A stretch of DNA of 64,000 nt from an uncultured Chloroflexia bacterium (GTDB lineage: Bacteria > Chloroflexota > Limnocylindria > Limnocylindrales > CSP1-4): positions 765,352 through 829,351 of the forward strand of contig CAVVJT010000004.1 in assembly GCA_963748625.1 (NCBI GenBank), in the 5' to 3' direction. Below the pieces are notes generated by a model. It worked only from the letters and a program-made list of their open reading frames with translations. It was not told the DNA's origin and did no database searches. Position 1 is the stretch's first letter. Every line of letters starts with the position of its first letter. This document shows, one piece after another, positions 55,007-64,000 of the stretch. A program made the translations under genes and the position numbers.

Positions 55007-57547
55007 CGACCATCGACCGCCGCACCTTCCTCCGGGGCGCCGCTGGGGCCGGTGCCGCCGTCGGTGTCGGCTCACTCCTGCCGGTCATCGACCCGCCGCC
55101 CGCCCGGGCCGCCGGCCGTGACTACGACATCGACCCCAGCCTGCCGGTCGACAAGGTCGTCCGGACCACCTGCTCGCCCAACTGCACCGGCTCCTGCGGC
55201 CAGAACGCATTCGTGCGCGATGGCGTGATCGTCAAGATCCAGCAGGCCGCCGACTACCCGGATACCGCCTACAACCCGCGCGGATGCATGAAGGGCCTCT
55301 CGTATGTCAACCAGATCTACGGGGCGGACCGCATCAAGACACCGCTGATCCGGACCGGCGAGCGCGGCAGCGGCGAGTTCCGGGAGGCCTCCTGGGAGGA
55401 GGTCCTCGACCGGATCGCCGGCGACCTGACCCGGATCGGCGAGCAGTGGGGCTGGGATTCGATCCACGTCTTCGGGCAGGTGCCGGGCTCCGGCTACATC
55501 CAGAAGGGCGCGAACTACCGGGCATCTGCACTCCTGGGCATGAGCCACGGCACCAGCTTCGACTTCAACGGCGACCTGCCGATGGGCATGCCGATCACCT
55601 TCGGCGTCCAGAACGCCGAACATGAGGCCAAGGACTGGGCGAACAGCCGCTTCCTCCTGCTCATCGGGGCCAACCCGATCGAGACCCGGATCCCCGACGT
55701 GCACTTCATCTTCGACGCCCTCGAGAAGGGTGCCCGCATGGTGGTGGTCGATCCGAGCTTCTCCCCCACCGCGGCCAAGGCGGACACCCACCTGCGCATC
55801 AAGCCCGGCACCGATGCGGCGCTCGGGCTGGCGCTGTGCCGCCAGGTCCTCGAGGACGAGGCCTGGGACGAGGCCTTCATGCGCACCTACACCGATGCCG
55901 CCCTCCTCGTCCGCGAGAACACGGGCGTGCGCCTGCGTGAAGCGGACCTGGTGGCCGGCGGCTCGGAGGCGAAGTTCGTGGCATGGGACATCGCGTCCGC
56001 CGGACCCGTCGTGGTGGGCACTGACCGCCTTGGCTACCCCGACGGGGTCCGCCCGGCGATGGCCGGGACATGGGCGGTCACGCTTGCCGACGGAAGCGTG
56101 GTGGCCGCGACCCCGGGTTTCGTGAAGGTCCGCGACGAGCTGGCCCGCTGGACGCCTGATGCGGCGGCGGCGATCACCGGCGTGGACCCCGAGCACATCG
56201 TCAAGGTCGCCCGCGCGTACGCGTCGTCTGGGCCGGCCGCGATCCTCATGGGCGGTGGCTCAAACCACTGGTACCACGGTGACCTCACCGGGCGGGTGTT
56301 CGCCCTGCTCGCCGCACTCACGGGCAACATCGGCCGCTCGGGCGGCGGCTTCTCGGTCTACGTCGGCCAGTACAAGGTCCGCGTGGACACCTCGCCCTGG
56401 TGGAGCCCCGGCGGAACGAAGGCCCACGTGGTGCCCTCGATCTACTTCGTGCGCGGCAAGACCGACACCATGCACCCCGACGTGCCCTACCCGGAGCAGG
56501 GCTGGCACGGCCTCGTCTGCACGTTCGCGAACATGTTCGTGCAGTCGATGGACGTCAACCGGCTGCATGAGACGCTGCGCGGGTCTCGACCTGGTGGTGG
56601 TCGTGGACCACCAGATGACCGAGACCGTGAAGTGGGCGGACGTGGTCCTGCCCGCAACCACGTGGTACGAGAAGACGGACCTCACCGCAACCCCGCTCCA
56701 CCCGTTCCTGCAGCTGCAGCAAGCGGCAATCGACCCTGTCGGCGAATCCCGCTCAGAGCTGTGGATGTGGCGCGAGATCGTCCGCCGCATCGACCCCGCC
56801 AAGGCCGCTGCGTTCTTCGACATCGACGAGGAGACCGCGATCGCGGAGATCCTCGCGGCAGGCGATGGCCCGGGCGGCCCGACGGAGGGCATCACGCTCG
56901 ACATGCTCAAGGCCGGTCCCGTCCGCCTCAACGTGCCCGACCCGGACATCCCGTTCCTCGACCAGATCGAGAAGCTCGTCCCCTTCCCGCCCCGGTCACT
57001 GCCGGCGAAGCTGGAGCAGACGCAGGCCTTCGTGCCCACCGGCCGCATCGAGTTCTACAAGGACGAGGCCCGGTTCCGCGAGCTGGGCGAGACGGTGCCC
57101 ACCTACCGGCCGCCCTTCGACGACACCGTCCACGATCCGGCCGAGTGGCCGCTCGCCCTGCTCACGCCGCACAGCAAATGGCGCATCCACTCCTCCTACG
57201 CGAACAACGCGTGGCTGGGCGAGCTCCACGGCGAGCGACCGGAGGTGTTCATCTCGCCCGAGGACGCCGAGGCACGCGGGATCGCCACCGGCGACGAGAT
57301 CCGGGTGTTCAACACGCGCGGCGAGGTGGTCGCCTGGGCCCATGTCACGCCGTCCGAACAGCCGGGCTCCGCCACCCTGTACGAGGGCTGGTGGCCACGC
57401 CAGTTCGTGAGCGGCAAGGGCGTCAACGAGCTGACGTCGTCGGCCGTCAACCCCATTCACGAGGTCCACTTCGTCGGGAACATGTGGGCCCCGTCCACCG
57501 GCTGGAAGGACTGCCGGTGCCAGATCGAGAAGGCGGGTGAGGCCTGA
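55003..57547 (+). CDS. Tat-exported DMSO-reductase-family (type II-like) molybdoenzyme catalytic subunit; one frameshift near 56580
   Basis: 'DRRTFL'; FS0 motif CSPNCTGSC...NPRGC; 'SFDFNGDLP'; 'ADVVLPATTWYEK'; 'TPHSKWRIHSSY'; removing one base gives ETLRGLDLVVVVD. Confidence 0.9.
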
Positions 57548-58259
57548 TGTCCGAGCCGAAGATCTCCCCGGTCGAGGCCCTGTCGCCAGCGTCACGCGCG
57601 TACGGGGAGATCGGGCCCCGGTCCGAGAAGCCTCACTGGGGCATGGTGGTCGACCAGGAGCGCTGCATCGGCTGCTGGTCGTGCGCCATCATCTGCAAGA
57701 GCGAGAACGACCTTCCGCTCGGCATGTGGTGGAACCGGATCCTGACCGAGGGCGAGGCGATGGACCAGCCCGAGGTCGTCCGCAGCGAGGGCCTCGAGAT
57801 GCACTGGCTCCCGCTCGCCTGCCAGCACTGCGAGAACGCGCCGTGCGTGAAGGTCTGCCCGGTCCAAGCGACCTACCACCGCGATGACGGCCTGGTGATG
57901 CAGGACACCGAGCGCTGCATCGGCTGCCGCTACTGCATGATCGCCTGCCCGTACGGCGTCCGGAACTTCAATTGGGGCGCACCGGTCCGGCCAACACCGT
58001 ACGACACGGGCATGGTCCCGGCCCGCCCCTGGGCACCGTCGAGAAGTGCACGATGTGCGTCCACCGCCTCGTCGAGGACCAGGTGCCATCGTGCGTCTGG
58101 TCGTGTCCGGCCCAGGCCCGGATCTTCGGGGACCTCAACGATCCCGACAGCCGGATCAACGAGTTGATCCGCGACCGCGAGGCCACGGTCCTCCTCGAAG
58201 AGGCCGGCACCCTTCCCTCCGTGTCCTACCTGCCGCCCCGTCGGAGGTCCCCGCTGTGA
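57547..58259 (+). CDS. Four-cluster Fe-S subunit (DmsB/NrfC/PsrB-like); one frameshift near 58030
   Basis: CIGCWSC...C, CQHCENAPC..CP, CIGCRYCMIACP, and KCTMC...PSCVWSCP in the second frame. Confidence 0.9.
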
Positions 58260-59542
58260 GTGCCGCGACGCCCGCCGTCCCCTCCTCCCCTGCCACAACC
58301 GACGACCGGGACGCCTCCCGAAGCCGCCGCCGCCTCGCGCTGACCGCCTGGATCGCGCTGCTGCTGGCCCTCATGGCCATCGGCATCGGCGCCTTCGGCT
58401 ACCAGTTCATCAACGGCCTCGCCGTCACGGGCATGCGCAACATCGTGATGTGGGGCCAGTACATCCTCTTCTTCATGTTCTTCGTCGGCCTGTCGGCGGG
58501 CGGCCTGATCGTGGCCTCAGCGGGCAAGCTGTTCGGCGTGAAGGCGTTCAAGCCGATCACCCGGCTCGCGGTGCTCGAGGCGACGGTCGCCGTCATCCTC
58601 GCCGCGACCTTCATCCTCCCCGACCTCGGCCGGCCGGAGCGGATCCTGAACATCCCGCTCTACTTCAACCCCACGTCGCCGATGGTCTGGGACATCGCGA
58701 TCGTCACCATCTACATGGCGATGTCGGCGTTCTACGTCTGGCTCTACTGCCGGGCCGATCTTGCGCGGCGCGGGTCATGGCTGGCCCTGGGCACCGGGAC
58801 CTCGGAGCGGACGATGCGGCGCGAGGAGCGCACGAAGACCGTGATGGCCTGGATCGCGCTGCCCGCGGCGATCATGCTCCACTCGATCACCGCCTGGATC
58901 TTCGGGCTCCAGATCAGCCGCGGCTTCTGGTACACCTCGATCATGGCGCCGATGTTCATCACGTCGGCACTCGTGTCCGGCATGGGCCTCGTGATCTGCC
59001 TCGCGTTGGTGGTGCGGCGGCTCGGGCGGATCACGTTCACGAACGATCTCGTGGCCATGCTGGGCGGCCTGCTCGGCGTGTTCATCGCCGTTGAGGCCTT
59101 CCTGCTCCTGGCCGAGTACCTCACGGCGCTCTACCCGGGCGCCCCCGAGGCGGAGGCGGCCCGCCGGATGCTGTCAGGACCGTATCTGCCGCTGTTCCTG
59201 GTCGAGGTGCTGTTCGGCCTCGCGATCCCGTTCGCCATCCTTGCCACGCGCCGGCTGCGGACAACGCCTGCCTGGGTGGCGGTCGCGGCCGTGATCGCGA
59301 TCATCGGGATCTTCGTGCACCGGCTCAACCTGGTGCTCAACGGCCTCTCCTTCGCCAACATCGACCTGCCGCCCGGGCTCCCGATCGGCACGCCGCAGGA
59401 GGGCGCGTCCTTCGCGATGAGCTACTTCTATGTGCCCACCGTCATCGAGTGGCTGGTCGTGACCGGTGTCCTCGCGTTCGGCGGGCTGCTGTTCACGGCA
59501 GCCGTCTGGTACCTGCCGCTCCAGGAGTCGGAAGCCCACTGA
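58256..59542 (+). CDS. NrfD/PsrC-family membrane anchor
   Basis: 'WGQYI..F.FFVGLSAG', 'DLGRPER', 'TSPMVWD', 'LHSITAWIFG'; GTGA overlap. Confidence 0.92.
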   Translation: MSAATPAVPSSPATTDDRDASRSRRRLALTAWIALLLALMAIGIGAFGYQFINGLAVTGMRNIVMWGQYILFFMFFVGLSAGGLIVASAGKLFGVKAFKPITRLAVLEATVAVILAATFILPDLGRPERILNIPLYFNPTSPMVWDIAIVTIYMAMSAFYVWLYCRADLARRGSWLALGTGTSERTMRREERTKTVMAWIALPAAIMLHSITAWIFGLQISRGFWYTSIMAPMFITSALVSGMGLVICLALVVRRLGRITFTNDLVAMLGGLLGVFIAVEAFLLLAEYLTALYPGAPEAEAARRMLSGPYLPLFLVEVLFGLAIPFAILATRRLRTTPAWVAVAAVIAIIGIFVHRLNLVLNGLSFANIDLPPGLPIGTPQEGASFAMSYFYVPTVIEWLVVTGVLAFGGLLFTAAVWYLPLQESEAH

Positions 59543-59564
59543 CGTCCCTCACGGGCGCTCGTGG

Positions 59565-60410
59565 TCAGCCGGACGTGCCCGGTCGACCCCTGCGTGCGGC
59601 GGGTGTCGCTCCGCCGGTGGCCGCCCCGGCGCCGGGCACAGGGGCGTCCGCCGTGGTGCCATGGGGCACACGCCCGGCATCGGGCGCCCCGAAGACCACC
59701 GTGTTGCCGCTCGACGCGCCGAGCTCCTGCAGGATCCGCAGCTGGAGCAGGCCCGGGTTGTCGGCCATGGCATGCCCTGCGTTCGCGAGGTTGCGCAAGG
59801 TCGCCGTCTCGCTGCGCGCGCGCTCCAGCGCCGCCTCACCGTCCTTGCGCGCCGCGACCACGCCCGAGTAGGCGCGCTTGAGCTCGCCGGGCAGCATGAC
59901 GTCGCGCACGTCCACGTCGAGCAGGTCCACGCCCAGCTCCGCGATGCGCCCTGCCACGGCTTCCCTGATCTCGGCGCCCATCGCCGTGCGCCCGGCGATC
60001 GCCTCGTCCAGCGTCCGTCGTGCGATCGCGTCGCGCAGGGCGAGCTGCAGCCACAGGTAGACCGTCCTGCTGTAGGCGGCATCGCGGGTGATCGCGGCAA
60101 CCGGATCGCCCACGGCGTACCGGGCGACGAGACTCACCTTGGCGGCCACGCCGTCCGACGTGAGCACCTCCTGGCCTTCGACCGGCGTGGTGGTGGGACG
60201 AAGGTCGAGCGGCTGGATCTCCGAGAACCGGGCGAACGTCCAGTGCACGCCCGGATCGACGAGGCCGGCCAGCTTCCCGCGCTGGAAGCGCAGGCCACGC
60301 TCGTAGTCACGGACCGTCACCAGACGCACCTGGCGCACGACCTGGACGATGGTGATCACGATCGCCGCAACCACCAGGAGCGGAAGCACGAGTTCCACGG
60401 ACACCCCCAA
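59565..60410 (-). CDS. SPFH/band-7 (slipin-like) protein
   Basis: 'VRDYERGL.F..G', 'DLRP', 'QEVLTSD', 'ALERARSETATLRNLANA', 'NPGLLQLR'; exact start uncertain. Confidence 0.88.
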   Translation of the reverse strand: MGVSVELVLPLLVVAAIVITIVQVVRQVRLVTVRDYERGLRFQRGKLAGLVDPGVHWTFARFSEIQPLDLRPTTTPVEGQEVLTSDGVAAKVSLVARYAVGDPVAAITRDAAYSRTVYLWLQLALRDAIARRTLDEAIAGRTAMGAEIREAVAGRIAELGVDLLDVDVRDVMLPGELKRAYSGVVAARKDGEAALERARSETATLRNLANAGHAMADNPGLLQLRILQELGASSGNTVVFGAPDAGRVPHGTTADAPVPGAGAATGGATPAARRGRPGTSG

Positions 60411-60426
60411 CAGCGACGAGCACGCC

Positions 60427-60575
60427 GGGCCGGATCACGTGCCGGCGGCGGAGGGCCCGGAGCCCTGCAGGGCCGCCAGCGCGCTGCGTTGCCGCCGATC
60501 CGGCCCCACGAGCGTGATGCAGGAATCGAACCTGCCGTACCAAGCGCCCCGACCGATGACGGAACCGGGTCGGGC
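60427..60575 (-). ncRNA. Candidate structured leader/ncRNA with a tRNA-like T-arm
   Basis: Minus-strand GCAGG-TTCGATT-CCTGC (60519-60535) preceded by TTGGTA; flanking stems including a perfect 10-bp IR at 60427-60436/60497-60506. Confidence 0.45.
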
Positions 60576-60809
60576 CGATGCCGTCCCCAGCCGCGCTGCC
60601 GTGGCGCCCGTGGAATCTACTCCGGCGTGCAAGGGCCGGACAAGGTGCCTTCCGGCCCGCTCCCGGGTCGACAGGCGGGCCCGGGCACGCTCGGCGTGGG
60701 GGGGTTTGACAGCCTCCGCGATGTGCGCAGACACTCTTCCCGTCAGGGCCATCGCCCGGCCCGTCCCCGCCCGCGGCCAGCCCCGCCGCCCCTCCCGGAG
60801 GTTGTCCAC

Positions 60810-61241
60810 ATGTCCATCGTCTCCCGCTTCCTCGCCCCGCGCGCGATCGCACGCGCCCACTGCGACCTGCCGTGCGGCGTCTACGACCCGGAGCAGGCCC
60901 GCATCGAGGCCGAGTCGGTCTACCGGATCACCGAGAAGTACCTCGCCAACGAGGATGCAGCGTTCCGGACGCGCGCCCTCGCCATCCGCGAGAAGCAGGC
61001 CGACCTCGTCAAGCACCACCTCGACACGCTCTGGCACGACTACTTCAAGCCGGAGCACCTCGACGCCGTGCCGAACCTGCACGACCTCTTCTGGAACGCC
61101 AACAAGCAGGTGTCCAAGGTCAAGGGCTCGGTCAGCATCGACGACGCCAAGAAGCTGCTGGACCTCATCGACGAGGTCGATGCGGCCTGGAAGGCCACCG
61201 GCGGCCACACCAAGACCCGCGTCGCCGGCCGCCCCGGCTGA
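60810..61241 (+). CDS. sodN: Nickel superoxide dismutase precursor
   Basis: Ni-hook HCDLPCGVYDP after a 16-aa propeptide; 'LWHDYFKPEH'; GGAGG RBS; TTGACA at 60706. Confidence 0.97.
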   Translation: MSIVSRFLAPRAIARAHCDLPCGVYDPEQARIEAESVYRITEKYLANEDAAFRTRALAIREKQADLVKHHLDTLWHDYFKPEHLDAVPNLHDLFWNANKQVSKVKGSVSIDDAKKLLDLIDEVDAAWKATGGHTKTRVAGRPG

Positions 61242-61296
61242 TCGGCGGCGTCCGCGCCACACCGGCCCAGCGCCGCACCAGCGCTGACGCACACCA

Positions 61297-61322
61297 GGGG
61301 CCCCGTCGCGAGACGGGGCCTC
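61297..61322 (+). terminator. Hairpin between sodN and sodX
   Basis: GGGGCCCCGTC-GCGA-GACGGGGCCTC; no U-tract. Confidence 0.45.
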
Positions 61323-61340
61323 GTCGTATCCGGAGGTTCC

Positions 61341-61793
61341 ATGGTCCAGCGTGTCGTCCGGGGCGCCGCCCGCCCCAGCGGGTCCCCGCGCGGGCCGTGG
61401 CGGGTGACGGTCGCCGAGGCGTCGATGCTGCCCGCGATCGAACCGGGCGACTGGCTCCTGGTGGACCCGACCACGCGCCATTGGCCCCGGCGTGGCACGC
61501 CAGTCGTGTTCCGGGAGCCCGGGACCGGCGGCCTTGCGATCAAGCGCGTCGCGGCGCGCCCGGGCGACTGGGTCCGCTTCGCCGACGGGTGGCTGCAGCT
61601 GGCCGATGACGAGGCCTGGCTGCTCTCCGATGCCACCGACGACGAGGCCGAGGCCGCGGGCTGGGGCAGGCCCCTTGACTCCCGGACATACGGACCGGTC
61701 GCGGTGGATGCCCTCGTCGGGCGGGCCTGGTTCCGCTATGGACCGCTTCCCCGCCTCGGCCTGATCGCGGGGAGCACGCGTTCCGCGGGCTGA
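61341..61793 (+). CDS. sodX: S26-family peptidase, NiSOD maturation protease
   Basis: 'SMLPAIEPGD', 'IKRV', 'DSRTYGPV'; directly downstream of sodN. Confidence 0.85.
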   Translation: MVQRVVRGAARPSGSPRGPWRVTVAEASMLPAIEPGDWLLVDPTTRHWPRRGTPVVFREPGTGGLAIKRVAARPGDWVRFADGWLQLADDEAWLLSDATDDEAEAAGWGRPLDSRTYGPVAVDALVGRAWFRYGPLPRLGLIAGSTRSAG

Positions 61794-61855
61794 CGTCCGC
61801 CCCACCCGGCGCAACGCCGGCGACATCCCGGACAGTCCGGCCTAGGATCGGCTCC

Positions 61856-63095
61856 ATGGACGACCTCCGAGCCGCACTCCGCCCCTTCGACGCCGACGCA
61901 CCCCTGGGCGCTGCGCCCGATCCCTGGGACTACCTGCCCATGCCGGTGGTCCGGCCAGGGCCCCCGTGGGCGACCACAGAGTCCATCGCCGCGCAGCCCG
62001 CCGTCGCCGCCCGGATCGTGGAGCGGCTCATCGCTGACGGTTCCGCGGCCGCGTTGGCAGCGGCGATCCGCGAGGCGGCGGCAGCCGGCGCACCCGTGAC
62101 CGTGACCGGGTGCGGGACCTCCGAGCACGCGGCGATGGGCGTGGCGGCCATCCTCGCCGACGGGTGGCGGGCCGCGGGCCTTCCCGGCAGCGGGCCGGTG
62201 AGCGCCCAGGCGTTTGAGCTGGCGCTGGAGCCCCCGGCGGGCGGACTCGTGATCGGCATCAGCCACGAGGGCGGCACGGGCGCGACGATCGCGGCCATGG
62301 CGGCGGCCCGCGAGCGAGGGGCGAGGACCGCAGTGATCACCGGGAGCGCGGCCTCGACGGCTGGCGTCGCCGCGGACATCACCCTTGCGACCGTCGAGAT
62401 GGACCGCTCCTGGTGTCACACCATCGGGTACACCTCGCCACTCGTGGCGGCGACCGCGGTGGCCGGCATGCTCGCCGGCGGCACCCCGAGCCCTGACCGG
62501 CCCCGGGCACGCCTTCTCGACGGCATCGAGGCGGCATGGGTGGCCGACACGGCCGGCAGGCGCCCCGCGGAGACCATCGGCGCGACCGTCGGCGGGGCCG
62601 GCCACCTGCTGGTCATCGGGTCGGGCGTGGACCGGATCGCCGCCCGGGAGCTCGTCCTCAAGGTGGAGGAGGCGGCCCACGTCCCCTCCGCGGCCCGCGA
62701 CCTCGAGACCTTCCTCCACGGACACCTGCCGGCGACCGGCGCGGGAACCGCGGCGATCTTCCTGCTCTTTGAGACGGGCCGGCCTGGAGACGCGGGCCCT
62801 CCGCCTGCGCCAGGCCCTGCGGGCAGCCGCCGCGACCGGCATCCGCCCCGCGGCGATCCTGGGCCGCGCGGCTTCTGCGCTGGTCCCGGCCGACCTCACG
62901 CCCGGCGGCCGGATCACCGTCCCGGACCAGCCCACGATGCCCAACGGTCCGGCCGCGCTCCTCGCCTCGGCGGGCCCGCTCCAGCTGGTGACCGTCGCGG
63001 TCGCCGCGGCACGGGGCACCAACCCCGACCCGATCCGCCGCGACGACCCGGTCTACCTGGCTGCCGCGGACGTGGCGGACGCGCCGGAGGACTGA
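61856..63095 (+). CDS. Double SIS-domain sugar-phosphate isomerase/deglycase-like protein; frameshift near 62775
   Basis: 'GCGTSEHAA', 'ISHEGGT', 'HTIGY', 'LKVEE', 'ETFLHGH'; C-terminus 'RGTNPDPIR' in the frame of 62385..63095. Confidence 0.82.
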
Positions 63096-63197
63096 CCCGG
63101 CGGACCCGGTCGGCGCCCTGTCCGCCCGGCGGACCCGGTCGGCGCCCTATCCGCCCGGCGTCCTGTCCGGCCGGCCAGGCGTCGGGAGCGGCCACGG

Positions 63198-64000
63198 TCA
63201 GACGTCGAACAGCACTTCGGCGGCCAGGTCGATCATGTCGAGGTCGTGGGCTATGAAGTCCTGGAGCATGATCCGGGTCACGCCCGCGTCTCGGAACCGG
63301 CGGACCTGCTCGCGCGCCTCGGCGGCCGTGCCGTGGATCCAGCGTGCCTTGCGCACCTCGAACCACTCCGCGAAGCCGTCCGCGTCACCCCCGAAGGCCC
63401 GCACCAGGTCCGCCTCGCGGCGACGGACCTCGGCCTCGTCGCGCCCGATGAGGACCCCGACCATCGCCGAGTGCACCAGCGTCCCCGGGTCGCGCCCGGC
63501 ATCGCGCACGGCCGCGTCAAGCGCCGCGTACTTCTGGACGACCTGGGCCGGGCTCGCCGACGACAGGTTGAACTCGTCCGCGTAGCGCGCCGCGATCCGA
63601 TAGGACCGCGGGGTCCCCTGCCCGCCGACGATCAGGTTCGGCCGGCCACCGTCCCGCCCGGGCACGTCGCCCGCCTTCGGCCGGAACAGTGAGTCCTCCA
63701 CCGCCCAGTGCGACCCCAGGAACGACCAGCCGTCGGGGCCCTCCCACAGGCCGCGCACGATCTCGAGGGTCTCCTCGAGCATGTCCGCCCGCTCCCCGAT
63801 CTCGCCGAACGGGAAGCCGTGCCGCCGGTGCTCGTCCGCATGCCAGCCGGCGCCCAGGCCCAGCTCCACGCGCCCGCCGCTCATCTCGTCCACGGTCAGC
63901 ACGAGCCGCGCGAGGTTTCCCGGGGAGCGGAAGGTCACTGGCGAGACGAGAGACCCCAGCCTGATCCGCTGCGTGTCCCGGGCCAGACCCGCCAGCACCG
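63198..64000 (-). CDS. LLM-class (probably F420-dependent) oxidoreductase, 5'-truncated by the window edge
   Basis: 'RLGSLVSPVTFRSPG', 'DEMSGGRVELGLGAGW', 'ARYADEFN'. Confidence 0.9.
   Translation of the reverse strand, partial: VLAGLARDTQRIRLGSLVSPVTFRSPGNLARLVLTVDEMSGGRVELGLGAGWHADEHRRHGFPFGEIGERADMLEETLEIVRGLWEGPDGWSFLGSHWAVEDSLFRPKAGDVPGRDGGRPNLIVGGQGTPRSYRIAARYADEFNLSSASPAQVVQKYAALDAAVRDAGRDPGTLVHSAMVGVLIGRDEAEVRRREADLVRAFGGDADGFAEWFEVRKARWIHGTAAEAREQVRRFRDAGVTRIMLQDFIAHDLDMIDLAAEVLFDV

Noticed and set aside
56570-58040. Programmed frameshifting or pseudogenisation in the molybdoenzyme and Fe-S subunits (also near 14010 and 62775)
   Set aside because: Single-base indels in or near short G/C runs, scattered over unrelated genes whose halves are otherwise intact; most simply sequencing or assembly errors. 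Reads are needed to confirm.
60510-60550. Functional tRNA gene upstream of the SPFH gene
   Set aside because: A T-arm is present but there is no anticodon arm, 7-bp acceptor stem or CCA; kept only as a tRNA-like element.

Overview
A high-GC bacterial chromosomal window. Gene content (F420-type LLM enzymes, GH57/GH13 glycogen genes, Chloroflexi-style LysM and surface proteins) suggests Chloroflexota, possibly Limnocylindria-like; this is inference only. In order it holds a Ni/Co ECF transporter, a large secreted Ig/beta-propeller protein, tRNA-Gly(TCC) with two downstream copies of its 3' end, an SDR plus divergent PanB-like pair, HxlR/methyltransferase and MalT-like regulator modules, a CoA-disulfide reductase-rhodanese / two-component / polyferredoxin / rhodanese cluster, a sortase-fold protein, a glycogen cluster, htpX, lysA, a Tat-exported type II molybdoenzyme operon with a NrfD anchor, an SPFH gene and sodN-sodX. 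Five genes carry small frameshifts that look like sequencing indels. The most interesting signals are: (1) an integrase-less tandem array of ~1.2 kb single-lipoprotein cassettes bounded by progressively decayed tRNA-Gly 3' ends; (2) a sortase fold with His-Ser-Lys in place of His-Cys-Arg; (3) a NarG-like Asp-ligated molybdoenzyme with a 4-Cys FS0 motif, a NrfD anchor and a small Cys/His partner; (4) a structured leader with a tRNA T-arm upstream of the SPFH gene; (5) two paralogous 'GAD(S/T)RD' microproteins divergent from regulators; (6) a dispersed ~90 bp palindromic element; (7) pervasive leaderless gene starts. All calls were made by eye, without database searches.
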